DNA of 64,000 nucleotides from Eledone cirrhosa (lineage: Eukaryota). The notes below the pieces were generated by a model, which was not told where the DNA came from, did no database searches, and worked only from the letters and a program-made list of their open reading frames with translations. Of the stretch, positions 49,386-63,600 are shown in pieces; the stretch's first letter is position 1; each line of letters begins with the position of its first letter. The DNA lies in assembly GCA_964016885.1 (NCBI GenBank), contig OZ024741.1, positions 240,126,001 through 240,190,000 of the forward strand, written 5' to 3'. The translations under genes were made by a program, and so were the position numbers.

Positions 49386-50813
49386 TACTCCCTTTTCATA
49401 TATATATATATATATATATAGTGTGTGTATACATACACACACACACATTTCTCTATGCATAAAGTTTTATGCAGCATTTGTACCGGCTTTCTACATTCTA
49501 AGCTCAAATGCTGCCAAGGCCAAATTTGCCTTTCAACCTTCCAGGGCCGATAAAATAAAGTACCAGTCAAGCACTAGGGTTGATATAATTGACTTTCCCA
49601 TACCTACAAATTGCAGACCTTATGCCTAAATTATTAATTTGGATGCTTGCAGCTAGCTATAAAGATTCTAAGATTTAGACATTCACTTCTTTATTTTAGA
49701 ATTGTACAGAGTATTTAATAATTGGTAGATGAAGCAGGTAATTCATGTATAACAAGCTCTTCATCTTAATGGCTAAATATTTTAAGAAATAGTTTTCCAA
49801 AGTATTTAGCTTCAATACAAACAACAGCTAATATATGAATATGAATACCTCCATGTATTTCTAAAGCCTCTTCATATAAATACGTTTTATATTATCAGAC
49901 CTGAAGAGAAGGACGTTGTTTACTGCCTATGGAGTAATGGGGATTATATTAGAGAGATGAAGATGAATAATATAATGTAGATGTTGGGGAATCTGAGAAA
50001 CAGATGTAAATATAATAGTTCAGTTCAAGTGAACATTTAAAGTAACAAAATGTAAACAGCAAATATGCAAACAAACTATAACTTCCAATTTAAAATTTAA
50101 TTTAAATATATATAATAAATATTTGAAATTAAATTCATATAATAGTAATAAAATATAAAAAATAGAATTATATACAACACAAATTTTCCAAGATGAATTA
50201 GAATATTGGAAAATAAGATAGGAAAAAATCAGACTAAAATTATACAAAGACATAAATTATTCTCTACAACATGCTTCCATTTCTGTTCACTTCTTGACAG
50301 CTGTAGATTCTAATATGTCTGCCATTATTTCTAACGTAAAACTATAACACACCTGGAGCCATCTACTGCTAACAATCTACACACTATTTACATATACTGG
50401 AGCATATTTATTAATATTTCATACAAAAGCATCTTAAAATATCTTTCATGTATATAAACTACAAAACAGATACAGTGTTATTTTAAAATTACAATAAAAA
50501 ACAAACATATACTAAAACGCTACATTATATAGACTGTTCTCTATTGTTACTGTTCAATATGTGTAACAAATATTATATAGATACAGATAATATAGTTTCT
50601 ATGGATTAAAGTCTAAAAATTAAACATTTTAACCAGCAACATGCAATTAGTTGTGAAATAAAACAATATGGACAACATAATTGAAAAATGTGAGAATTAT
50701 TGTTCAATCTCTTTGTTCTTAAGTTAATATTAAATATATTAGAACAATATTTTACAGATTTACTAAGATTTAGTAGGTAAAATGAGATTATAAAAGATTA
50801 AATTGAAACTTAC

Positions 50814-51241
50814 CTCTTTAATAATTATATCATTGGTTATTCAGTTAGAATAGAAAGTTGTATTGTTGTAGAAAGCTCCATTGTAAGTGCTGCTGTAATG
50901 GTGTGTGACAATGGCTGTATGTTGATGGAGTAGTGTAACACGTCAGGCAGATAGTCTGCTGCTAGGATAGGGTTGTGTGTGTTATTGAAGTTGTATGTTT
51001 GTGACAGTACATCCCTCTAATAATATTGTGTATGTATTTATCCTTAAATATGATGTTTATTTACTGTTATCAAAAACTATTTACATATATTTAAATAGCT
51101 ATGATATTCTATAGTTAAACATAACATAACATGTTTGGTTAAATAACATCAGTAATGTGAATGTTTCTCTTTGTTAGTGATTTCTGGCTATGTTTTAGTG
51201 AGAATCTGATTGGTTGAATGACCTAAACAGAAGACCAATGG
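50814..51241 (-). promoter_or_regulatory. Conserved promoter / non-coding exon 1 cassette of gene F
   Basis: Donor at 50814; ATTGG 51209 and CCAAT 51235. Confidence 0.75.
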
Positions 51242-51682
51242 CAGATGTTCCCTTTAATATTGATTAGTTTTGATACAGACGCTGGATGTTTATAGGGAAA
51301 AGAAAAGGTCTCGTATTGATAGAGAAAAAGGAAAGAGATAATGTGACCATCATGCCTTTCCAAAGACAATAAATATGATTAATTCCTTATTTTTATTATT
51401 ACACCTAAAACGCGAGAAACGGTCGTCTCATTAACATACAAAAGCATTTCTTTTGGTATTTTTCCACCCACCATAAAGTGAAATATATAAAACCTTTAAA
51501 GAACATAGTAAACCAAACAAAATGTCCCCAATTATTACACTCCATTACACATAGTAAATTGTGTGATGTAGAGTTATAATTTATCTCAGAAAGAGTACAG
51601 TTAATAAAAAAAATGTGTAATGTGTGTGTTGGTGTACTGAATTTACATAGAGAAAGATAGTTATATAGCTTCAGTAATATAA

Positions 51683-51759
51683 TTATACATGTTTCACTGG
51701 TGTTTCTTCACTGGAATCTTTTGATGTAGATGTATCATTGTTTTTATATATATTTTGAT
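51683..51759 (-). CDS. Pcdh: Protocadherin G last coding exon
   Basis: AG acceptor, ...PVKHV*. Confidence 0.85.
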
Positions 51760-51794
51760 CTGGAATGTAATACAAAAGACATTATAACAATAAT

Positions 51795-51985
51795 AATTGT
51801 TTCTACTTTTGGCACAAGGCCAGCAATTAACCAGTGCATTACTGGTACTTTATTTTATCGACCCCATAAGGATGAAAGGCAAAGTTAACCTCGGCGGGAT
51901 TTGAACTCAGTCCGTAAAGGGACGGAACTCTATGCTGGAAAGCATGGCGTCTGACCCTCTACCGATACTGCCAATCCACCGCACT
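51795..51985 (-). mobile_element. Full-length tRNA-derived SINE in gene G intron 3
   Basis: Reverse complement of 24433-24614; absent at the matching site in gene F (about 42690). Confidence 0.9.
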
Positions 51986-52225
51986 ATAATGAAAATTATT
52001 GAGTACCGTGCTCAGGTGCACTACAACGCAACAAAGGTGCATGTATAGTACATAAACTAATGTACAACTGTCAGGAAAGTGAACAGTGTATGACTCTTGA
52101 TATACACAGTTACATGCATGCATGAGTATGGAGGAGGAATATCGGGTGTAGTGTTGGCGAATTTCGGGAAGAATGGCAGTGTCCCGACAGCTAACAACTG
52201 ATGCTAGTAGTTTATTCCATGACAT
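51986..52225 (-). mobile_element. Old 3' fragment of CR1-type LINE, gene G intron 3
   Basis: Paralog of 42690-42930 with the same junction sequence. Confidence 0.85.
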
Positions 52226-52379
52226 CATTAGATGAATATATTGAAAACAAAGAATCAATTAGGCACATGAGTAAAATATTTCTTATTCACACAATCTTAT
52301 ATATATTGTTAGATGTAGATGTTAAAAAATATTGATGTTGAAGATATCAAAGTAAAATATAACCAAAGCAGTTATTAAC

Positions 52380-52545
52380 CTGATATTCCTGGTAATTCTT
52401 CATAATGTTTCATATCACCTTCGTTCAATACACGTCTACTACTTCTCTTAGATGACATTGTATCTGATGTATAGTTACAAACTATAGGAGGATTATCTTC
52501 CACAGCATCATCACTTGATGTCACCACAACAGGTTGACAGTATTT
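52380..52545 (-). CDS. Pcdh: Protocadherin G cytoplasmic exon 3
   Basis: 166 nt, AG/GT bounded; not in ORF track only because no upstream start codon. Confidence 0.88.
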
Positions 52546-52728
52546 CTGTTGACAAACAAACCAAAAGAAATGTGAGGAGACATGAAACTAACCTAGTTAC
52601 AATAAACATGTAGTTTACAATTTAATATTGGACTATATTATTGAAGATAAAACATTGTTAAAATAATCTTATTGTTTATCTTTTATGTTTAAAGTAAAGA
52701 TAGAAAATATTTTAATCTTTTCACTTAC

Positions 52729-55098
52729 TGGGGTAGGTTTTGGTAAAGTTCTTGACTGAACTGAAGCTTCATATTTATTCTGTAGCTGACCTTCTGAATA
52801 ACATTCACTCTTTGATCTCTCAGAATATATATTTCTTTTTATCATCTCTTCTGTATTCCTTGACATAGCACCAGGATTGTTAGACTGATACAACAATTGT
52901 TTCATCTCTGTTCTACCTTGGTATGCTGTAGTCTTTGTTGTAGTAGCTGTGTTATCTCTGTGTTTAATACATTTCATTATACACAGTGTTATAGAAACAA
53001 CAATAGCCACTGATACTATTACTGCTGATGATACAATGATAATAACCCATGTCATATGGACTCTACCTGAAGATTGTATAGGTACACTTTTTAACATTGG
53101 TGATGTCTCATTACTAACAGCCAATACCAAAGTCACACTAGTTGTTGATGACTGAACTGGACTACCACTGTCTTTTACAACAAACTTTAGTTCATAACTT
53201 CCAGCATCATTTAGATAAACTTGTCTGGAGAATGATAAAGCACCACTGTGTGAGTTCATAGTAAACAACTGTTTATTATTTCCTTGTATGATTTCATATG
53301 TGAGGAAAGCATTGTTTCCACTGTCACCATCAGATGCTCTCAAAACTGTGATGTCACTCTTACTCTGGGGATGGTAGTGGACATTTAGGGTGTAAGGGTT
53401 AACACTGGGAAAGGTGAAATATGGAATATTGTCATTTTGATCTAAAATCTCAACAACAACATTAGCTGTGTCATTCAGAGATGGACTTCCATTATCTTTG
53501 ACAAAAACTTCAAATTTATACACATCTTGTTTCTCTCTGTCTAATGACATGGTGGCTGAAATAAAGCCATAACTGGTGATCAGAAATGGTAGATTTGATT
53601 TTTCTTTATGAATCAGAGAATATGTGAGTTGTCCAGCAGATCGAAGGTCGGGGTCAGTGGCATTGACAAAACCAATAGGGAAGTCTTTATCTTTGTTTTC
53701 ATAGGTCAGGAATTGGAATGTATCTTTGGTAAACTGTGGTTGTACATCATTGATATCAGTCACTTGGATAGAGAGAGTTTTAACACTTTTAAGAGGAGGT
53801 AATCCTTTATCTTGACAGGAGACAGGAATGTTATAGTGTCCTTGTGTTTCTCTGTCTACTGGTTTATTTAGAACTATTTTATATTCTTTAGATCCCATTG
53901 AATGTAGTTTGAATGTATCATGTTTGATATCACAGCTGACCTCTCCATTTTGTCCAACATCATTGTCAGTGACCATCACATAAGCAATGAAACTACCAAC
54001 TTTGATCTTCTCAGAAATGGTAGCTGTGTTGTCATTGATAGCAGAAACATAATCTATATCAATAGATGGGGGGTTGTTGTGTTGGTTGATAACATTTACT
54101 AAAACTGTTGCTATGGAATTGAGTGGAGGGTTACCTCCATCTCTGGCTTCTATAAATAATTCAAAAGATGTTTTCTCATTTAAACTAGAAATTCTGGACA
54201 AAAATATTTTACCATCTTTTTTATTTAATTCAAAATATTTCTTTGCTTGATCAGAAGTTTTGGGGCTGAAATAGAAAGTAATTTTACTGTTGGCTCCTAA
54301 ATCTTTGTCTGTTACTGACAAATTAAGAATAGGTTTGGTTATCTCATGAGTGGTTCTAATGGAAATATTATATAGTGGTTTTGAAAATACAGGTGGATTA
54401 TCATTCGCATCTTCCACAATAATCAGAACATTTAACACACACTGTTTAGATGGGGAGCCTCCATCTTTAGCAATAACTTCTAAATTGTATTTCTCTGCTA
54501 TCTCTCTATCTAATTTATCTTTTAAAACAATCTTTAATGAGGAAATACCATCAGCTCTTTTAGAAACTGACAGCGAAAATGAATCAATAGATTTTTTAAG
54601 TTTATACTCAATAAAAGAATTTTGGTAACTAATGTCATTGTCTATCGCATTTGGGATTGACTTTTTCATTCCTTTTCCATCTCCTTCTCCAAATTGTAGA
54701 GTAATTTGTTTTTCTGGAAACTCTGGTTCATGGTCGTTAATGTCTTCTATTACTATTTTGATTTTTATGATTTTTGTAAAAGTTTCCACTTTCTTCATTA
54801 TAATTTTCACAGTTCTAGAACATTCTTTGTTGAATGTACAGAGCTTCTCTGCATCGAGTGTCTGAGCAGTGTACAGTTTACCTGTTTCAGTGATATTAAA
54901 TAACTGTGCCACCTTTCGTTTAAATTGACTGAATGTTATCAATTGTTGGTCAGATGGTTTAACATTGTCTAAAAGTTTAGAATCAGCAGCAATGTCTGCT
55001 ACATATGTTCCTGGACTTCTCTCTTCTTCCACATGGTAGGTAAGGTCTATGGTCAGAACACAGTGGACCATTGATAATACAATAGACGACAGTAACAT
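52729..55098 (-). CDS. Pcdh: Protocadherin G large exon
   Basis: Intact ORF of 790 codons; donor at 52729; acceptor at 55158. Confidence 0.97.
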
Positions 55099-55914
55099 AT
55101 TGGTGTAGTAATTGTGTTGGTACTGGTTACAGATGTCCTGATTAGGTAAGGAGTGAATCTAAAACAGAAATATATTTTATCAGTTATCATCATCCGACAT
55201 CAACATAAATCAGACTTTAAAGCTATATTATCTTTATAAAGATACTATTACAGAAATAATTATCATAAAAGTAAACTGAAAAATATGTTATTTCTTTATA
55301 TGAATTTCGCATAAAAAAAGGGCAGAAGAGACAATCTTTTGGTTTAAGTTGAAGCAAGGTTATGGAGAAACTTAAGAAAGAAAAGGGAAGATGTGTGTAG
55401 GCTGGTCTCAGAATATTTAATATTAGGAGGAAAATAATATTAGGAAGAAAATAAGAAAACATGTGGCAAGTTGTGTTGGAGAATTACTGTTTCCAACCTA
55501 AAGAAGGAAGGGAGTACTAATGGAAAATATAGAAGTAGTTAAAGGATTATGTTCCTAATGAAATATAACATACTAAACTGGATCGGAAAAAATCATATCC
55601 TTTAAATTCTTAAAGATCTGGTTGAAGATCTAGAATCTGAAATTGCTCAAACAACATACTAGAGAGACTAATAACTCCATTGCTGTTGTTGTTTAGCTCC
55701 ATTGGTTCCAACAATTGGTTCCAACAATGAGTGTTGCATTTGTTTGGACTTTGAAACAGTATCCCTAAAAAAGATTTCAGGAAGATTCAGCATTCACAGT
55801 GTGTGACAAAGCTGTCCCTTTCAAATACAGGTGCAACTAATTTTTGCCGGGATTTTTGATTGATACAATTGTTTCATCTCTGTTCTACCTAGGATGTATT
55901 CTATATTGCAGTAG

Positions 55915-56140
55915 CCATCATCATCATCATCATCATTATCATCATTTCATTTTACGTCCGTTTTTCCCTGCTTGCAAGGGTGGGACGGGAACTGATTCTG
56001 GCTTGATTTCTACAGCTGGATGCCCTTCCTAACACCAACCTCATGCTGGGTGCTTTTTTTCCGTGGCGCCTATACGTCCACTTTACAGTGTGGGCTGGGT
56101 GCTTTTTTGCTGTGGCACCTCCACGACCACTTTGCAGTGG
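55915..56140 (-). repeat. Fragment of an abundant interspersed repeat with (GAT)n tail; related pieces near 1760-1990, 3040-3190, 4290-4440, 12250-12390, 36160-36400, 47150-47400
   Basis: Shared motifs ggctggatgcccttcct and cactttacag.gtg..ctgggtgctttt; family not identified. Confidence 0.65.
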
Positions 56141-56159
56141 AATGATAGGGACCCCAGTC

Positions 56160-56305
56160 TTATTATCTCATTTCTACAGCTGAGTAAACTGGAGCAATCT
56201 GAAATAAAGTGTCTGGCTCAAAGAAACAACACATCACCCAGTCTGAGAATTGAACTCACAACCTTTCGATTGCAAAGCCAATGCTCTAACCACTAAGCCA
56301 TATGC
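56160..56305 (-). mobile_element. tRNA-derived SINE of a second family (CORE-like), decayed
   Basis: Minus strand tggcttagtggttagagc...gagttcaattc head followed by an aagtgtct.gctcaa.g.aacaac core-like segment. Confidence 0.6.
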
Positions 56306-59131
56306 CATTCATGAAATTAATAAGTAGGTGGTTGAGTATTCCACAGACACATGTACCTTTTATGGGTAGTCTTACAGTTGACTGCTCCTGTGCACCTATC
56401 ATCTGAAGTTTATCATCGTTATCAGCCTATCTGTGATCTTACTACATCTCCTGTGCATCAATTGTATGAACTGGTAACAGAATTCCATCTTGTTTCCTAC
56501 TTATGAAAACTTTACTCTTTGCTAATGTTTACTTTGAAGCTCTTCAATTCTAGATTTTGTTTCTATATCTGGAGGTTCTTCACAAGTTCTTTTACAGTTT
56601 CATTTTCAGGGCTAGATTGTCAATATACAGTAACCCCCATAGACAACCAGTGATGAATTTCTCTGTAATGACTTGGAGGACAATAATAAACTGGAAGGAG
56701 TTGATAACTGAACCCTAATTGATTCCCACCTTCACTCTAAATTTGTTACTATACTCATCACCATTTCTCACCTTGTTGGGTCCACTGTGATGGAGGGAAT
56801 TAATTGGTTTCTCCCATCATTGAATGGATATAGATTGCCTCAGATAATTCAACATGTGTTGCAACAATGAAACTATAACATCCATATAAAACTTGAAATA
56901 AGATTATATAAATATGTATATAGGAATGTATGTACGATGGCCCCATAACTCCAGGTGGAGTCGTAATGTGGCTGTATTGACATACAGCGTTTCTTGGACA
57001 ATTTTTAAGCCTGGCAGAGTCCATCTCATCTCCAGATCTGAATACAGCAAATTTCTTCCGGAGAAGGTTAGAAAATGAGAGGGGGGGGGGGGATAGAGGA
57101 AGAATCAGCCTCAAACTGATAAACGACAAATTTGATCCTCAAGAGGGTTTGAACTCAGTGAGTAGAGAACCAGAATGAATACTGGAAGGCATTCTGTCCG
57201 GTGTTCTAATTCACAACCTATATAGGTATATACGAGTTATGTTCGTTCCTTAGTTCAATATATTTGTGTATGGTAAAGAATGGCAGGAGTAGGGCTCAAT
57301 TTAACAGTGTACCTATTGCATATTTGTGTACCAAAAATACCTTTTTTGAAGTCTGTCTATCCTAAAATACAGTCCTAATGTTTGTCAAACTGACACAATG
57401 TTTTTGTTAGGATTCTTAACAACAGATATACAAATAATTGACTGCAGTGGATTATTTTTAATCATTACATAATATGAATGTTGTCTTCCACTATGTTATG
57501 TATTATAGAGGAAATATATCAGAGTTGGTAGAATGAAGAGTTTATATTTATATTACAATATGTAACTGGTAATTGTCCCAATTTAGATGACATTAAAAGA
57601 AAAGAGAACTCTTTCCATGGGCATTGATAATTTTGTTCTCTTGGCTCATTTGTAGATATAGAAACCTTCACTGCCTCATTATGTTTCATATGACTAGTAC
57701 TACTATATCACTTTCTAACCAATATTTACAACAATATATCCACAGAATTATATTACATGAGAATTTACTCTTCACTTGTGTTTATTACAGCTATATTACC
57801 ATGTATCTTTTTCTTATTAAATGACTCCAAAGACACAATCATCATAATCATTTAATGTCTGTTTTTCATGCTACTGGTCACAAACTGGGTCAGTATTAAG
57901 GCAGAGGTCAGCCTGAGGCTTTAGTACGTACCAGACAGCGGGTTCAGATTGAACCCCAAACCATGTGGTTGAAAAGCAAACGTTTTAACAACACATCCAT
58001 GCCTGTGTGTTTGTATTACTATTTCTGAGAAGTAAGACTATCAATATATGATAATTTAAAATTGGAACTCCATACCTTGCTAGCAGGGAAAGTGGATGTT
58101 AAATAATGATGATGAACATCTTACAAGAAACAAAAACTAAAGGATAACAGTTTACATATAGATTCAGAGCAGACATTAAATTTCAATGATTAGAGTAGCA
58201 GTGTATATAATTTTTACAATAAACATATATAGATACAGAATATTGGAAGACATATATGATGATGAACAGCTTTCCATTTAAATAGTAAACACGACTTTAA
58301 TCTCTGCAAATTGTTAATTTAAATCTTATCAAAACACACCAAAGAATTCTTAACCAAATAAAGCAGAATATAGTGTAAAATATAACAGAAAATTTAGACT
58401 GAATTTATACAAATAAATATATTCTGAAAGCAGCAAGAGAAGGAAGATATGTTTAAAAAGAAATTACATATTACAATAACTTTCAAATTTTCTTAAGAAG
58501 TAAATACACACACAAAGTAAATTGTATTTTTTAAATATTTTGTGAACACCAAAAAAAATCTAACTCTTCTCATTTTACCGTCTGTCATACCATGCCACCA
58601 TTACCATTCACATACTGACTGCTACAAATCTTAACATGTCCGCCATTATCCTAAACCCAAATTTCTAACACACTGTTACCTCATCACTGCTAAAAAACTA
58701 CATATTATGACTAAAATAGAGAATATTTATTCATACTTTTATACCAAACATCTTAAAATATCTTTCATATAACTATCTACTATATAAACATACTACATTT
58801 TACTTACTACAAAAACATACATACACTGCAACACTACATTATATAGACTGTTCTGTATTGTTACTGTTCAATATAATGTTAACAAATATTATTTACACAC
58901 AAATAATATTGTTTCTATGAAATATAGTCTCAATGTTAAACATTTTAAACATCATCATGTAATCAGTTGTAATATTAAACAATCAGCATATTATTCAAAA
59001 ATATATGTAAATTATTGTTCAATCTCTTTGTTCTGAAGTTAATATTAAAAATGTTAAAACAATATCTGACAGATTTACTAAGATTTAGTATATAAAATGA
59101 GATTATAAAATGGGATTAAATAGAAACTTAC

Positions 59132-59565
59132 CTCTTTAATAATTATATCATTGGTTATTCAGTGAGAATAGAAAGATGTATTGGTGTAGAAAGCTCCATT
59201 GTAAGTGCTGCTGTAATGGTGTGTGACAATGGCTGTATGTTGATGGAGTAGTGTAGCACGTCAGGCAGATAGTCTGCTGCTAGGATAGGGTTGTGTGTGT
59301 TATTGAAGTTGTATGTTTGTGGCAGTACATCCCTCTAATATTGTGTATGTATTTATAATTAAAGATGATGTTTGTTTACTGTTATCAATAACTATTTACA
59401 TATATATAGATATATATTAAAATAGCTACAAAATTCTATATAGTTAAACATAACATGTTTGGTTAAATAACATCAGTAATGTCAATGTTTCTCTTTGTTA
59501 ATGAATTCTGTCTATGTTTTAGTGAGAATCTGATTGGCTGAATGACCTAAACAGAAGACCAATGA
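59132..59565 (-). promoter_or_regulatory. Conserved promoter / non-coding exon 1 cassette of gene G
   Basis: Donor at 59132; ATTGG 59533 and CCAAT 59559. Confidence 0.75.
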
Positions 59566-60486
59566 CATTTTCGCTTAAGTATTGATTAGCTTTTGTGAGG
59601 TGGAAGGTCTCGTATTTATTAGGAAAGAGATGGTTTAACAATCATGCCTATCCCCAAACTAATAATACAATTAATAAATTACAATATCTATTTAATAACA
59701 TTAATTAATTACAATATTTTTCCCAATATTATTTACTACTAAATGAGTTCAAATTCTAAGATAAGCTCTGCCTTTCATCCTTACGGGGTTGATAAAATAA
59801 AGTAACAGAAATAAACTGCATTTGATTTAATGGACTTTATCCACTTCCAAAAGTGTTGGCCTTCTGCATGAATCAGAAACCAATGATATAAAGAAATTAT
59901 TTTCTTGTTAAAACATAAAAAATCTACTTTTGGCATTTTTACACTTCACCTTAAGTATAAAATCTTCACCTTAAACATAAAATCTTTAAAGGACGTGGTA
60001 ACCCATTTAAAATACTCCTATTTATTACACTCCATAACCTATAGTCAATTAACTTTATGAATTATTATTGAACCACTGTAAATATTAGTAATTTTAAAAC
60101 ATGAGCATCCAAAACAGTAGATAACTGCAACAATGGTTAATAACTATGAATAATAGCTGAGAAAACTGAGTATATTACCCCTAATGATATTCACATTTTC
60201 CCATTTCTAAGGGTAATTTAGTCAATTTTCTCAAATATTATTTATTGGTTGACTGTTATTACAATTATTTTCTACATTCGTGATGCTGACATTTTCAGAG
60301 TCTCACATAGTAAATTGTTTCAACTACTAATTTAAAGAGATCTATAGTTTCCTTTATTAAGCCTTCTAGTTTTAAATAATGTATGTTGTTACAAAGTGTA
60401 GTTAATATAGAAGGTGTCTGTGTCTGTGATCATGTAATACTGAACAGTATATAACTTCTATTTGCTATGGCAATTCAATGAAGTAA

Positions 60487-60563
60487 TTATACATGTTTCA
60501 CTGGTGTTTCTTCACTGGAATCCTTTGATGTAGATGTATCGTTGTTTTTATATATATTTTGAT
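60487..60563 (-). CDS. Pcdh: Protocadherin H last coding exon
   Basis: AG acceptor, ...PVKHV*. Confidence 0.85.
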
Positions 60564-60784
60564 CTGGAATTTAGATAGAAAATAATATCTTACACAATTA
60601 TAAAGGAGACCATTCTATTATTAAATTAGGCAAGCATTCGTAATGACCATATGTATATAAACATGACAGATTCCCTAATAATCAGATGGGTCAATGAAAG
60701 ATTCACTCTTAACCACAGAGAGTTTTATAAATTTGCTAAATATCAATATAAGGAAAAATGTACATTTTAGATGTTATCAAAATA

Positions 60785-60860
60785 TAATTGTTTCTACTTT
60801 TGCCACAAGGTCAGCACTTACCTTAGTGAATTACTGGTACCTTATTTTATCAACCCCGCA
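60785..60860 (-). mobile_element. SINE 3' fragment in gene H intron 3
   Basis: aattgtttctacttt...ttactggtac.ttattttatcaacccc. Confidence 0.7.
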
Positions 60861-60890
60861 AAATATAATATAGCCAAAGTAGATATTAAC

Positions 60891-61056
60891 CTGATATTCC
60901 TGGTAATTCTTCATAATGTTTCATATCACCTTCATTCAATACACGTCTACTACTTCTCTTAGATGACATTGTATCTGATGTATAGTTACAAACTATAGGA
61001 GGATTATCTTCCACAGCATCATCACTGGATGTCACCACAACAGGTTGACAATATTT
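60891..61056 (-). CDS. Pcdh: Protocadherin H cytoplasmic exon 3
   Basis: 166 nt, AG/GT bounded. Confidence 0.88.
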
Positions 61057-61230
61057 CTGTTGACAAACAAACCAAGAGAAATGTGAGTAGACATCAAACA
61101 ATCCTAGTTACAATAAACATGTAGTTTACAATTTAATATTGGACTATATTATTGAAGATAAAGCATTGTTAAAATAATCTTATAGTTTATGTATAAAGTA
61201 AAGAGAAAATATTTTAATCTTTTCACTTAC

Positions 61231-63600
61231 TGGGGTAGGTTTTGGTAAAGTTCTTGACTGAACTGAAGCTTCATATTTATTCTGTAGCTGACCTTCTGAA
61301 TAACATTCACTCTTTGATCTCTCAGAATATATATTTCTTTTTATCATCTCTTCTGTATTCCTTGACATAGCAACAGGATTGTTAGACTGATACAACAATT
61401 GTTTCATCTCTGTTCTACCTTGGTATGCTGTAGTCTTTGTTGTAGTAGCTGTGTTATCTCTGTGTTTAATACATTTCATTATACACAGTGTTATAGAAAC
61501 AACAATAGCCACTGATACTATTACTGCTGATGATACAATGATAATAACCCATGTCATATGGACTCTACCTGAAGATTGTATAGGTACACTTTTCAACATT
61601 GGTGATGTCTCATTACTAACAGCCAATACCAAAGTCACACTAGTTGTTGATGACTGAACTGGACTACCACTGTCTTTTACAACAAACTTTAGTTCATAAC
61701 TTCCAGCATCATTTAGATAAACTTGTCTGGAGAATGATAAAGCACCACTGTGTGAGTTCATAGTAAACAACTGTTTATTATTTCCTTGTATGATTCCATA
61801 TGTGAGGAAAGCATTGTTTCCACTGTCACCATCAGATGCTCTTAAAACTGTGATGTCACTTTTACTCTGGGGATGGTAGTGGACATTTAGGGTGTAAGGG
61901 TCAACACTAGGAAAGGTGAAATATGGAACATTGTCATTTTGATCTAAAATCTCAACAACAACATTGGCTGTGTCATTCAGAGATGGACTTCCATTATCTT
62001 TGACAAAAACCTCAAATTTATACACATCTTGTTTCTCTCTGTCTAATGACATGGTGGCTGAAATAAAGCCATAACTGGTGATCAGAAATGGTAGATTTGA
62101 TTTTTCTTTATGAATCAGAGAATATGTGAGTTGTCCAGCAGATCGAAGGTCAGGGTCAGTGGCATTGACAAAACCAATAGGGAAGTCTTTATCTTTGTTT
62201 TCATAGGTCAGGAATTGGAATGTATCTTTGGTAAACTGTGGTTGTACATCATTGATATCAGTCACTTGGATAGAGAGAGTTTTAACACTTTTAAGAGGTG
62301 GTAATCCTTTATCTTGACAGGAGACAGGAATGTTATAGTGTCCTTGTGTTTCTCTGTCTACTGGTTTGTTTAGAACTATTTTATATTCTTTAGATCCCAT
62401 TGAATGTAGTTTGAATGTATCATGTTTGATATCACAGCTGACCTCTCCATTTTGTCCAACATCATTGTCAGTGACCATCACATAAGCAATGAAACTACCA
62501 ACTTTGATCTTCTCAGAAATGGTAGCTGTGTTGTCATTGATAGCAGAAACATAATCTATATCAATAGATGGAGGGTTGTTGTGTTGGTTGATAACATTTA
62601 CTAAAACTGTTGCTATGGAATTGAGTGGAGGGTTACCTCCATCTCTGGCTTCTATAAATAATTCAAAAGATGTTTTCTCATTTAAACTAGAAATTCTCGA
62701 CAAAAATATTTTGCCATCTTTTTTATTTAATTCAAAATATTTCTTTGCTTGATCAGATGTTTTGGGACTGAAATGGAAAGTAATTTTACTGTTAGGTCCT
62801 AAATCTTTGTCTGTTACTGACAAATTAAGAATAGGTTTGGTTTTGTCATGAGTGGTTCTAATGGAAATATTATAAAGTGGTTTTGAAAATACAGGTGGAT
62901 TATCATTCTCATCTTCCACAATAATCAGAACATTTAACACACACTGTTTAGATGGGGAGCCTCCATCTTTAGCAATAACTTCTAAATTGTATTTCTCTGC
63001 TATCTCTCTATCTAATTTATCTTTTAAAACAATCTTTAATGAGGAAATACCATCAGCTCTTTTAGAAACTGACAAAGAAAATGCATCATTGGATTTTTTA
63101 AGTTTATATTCAATAAAAGAATTTTGGTAACTAATGTCATTGTCTATGGCATTTGGAATTGACTTTTTCCTTCCTTTTCCATCTCCTTCCCTAAATTGTA
63201 AAGTGATTTGTTTTTCTGGAAACTCTGGTTCATGGTCGTTAATGTCTTCTATTACTATTTTGATTTTTATGATTTTTGTAAAAGTTTCCACTTTCTTCAT
63301 TATAATTTTCACAGTTCTGGAACATTCTTTGTTGAATGTACAGAGATTTTCTGCATCCAGTGTCTGAGCAGTGTACAGTTTACCTGTTTTAGTGATATTA
63401 AATAACTGTGCCACCTTTCGTTTAAATTGGCTGAATGTTATCAATTGTTGGTCAGATGGTTTAACATTGTCTAAAAGTTTAGAATCAGCAGCAATGTCTG
63501 CTACATATGTTCCTGGACTTCTCTCTTCTTCCACATGGTAGGTAAGGTCTATGGTCAGAACACAGTGGACCATTGATAATACAATAGACGACAGTAACAT
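61231..63600 (-). CDS. Pcdh: Protocadherin H large exon
   Basis: Intact ORF; donor at 61231; acceptor at 63660. Confidence 0.97.
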
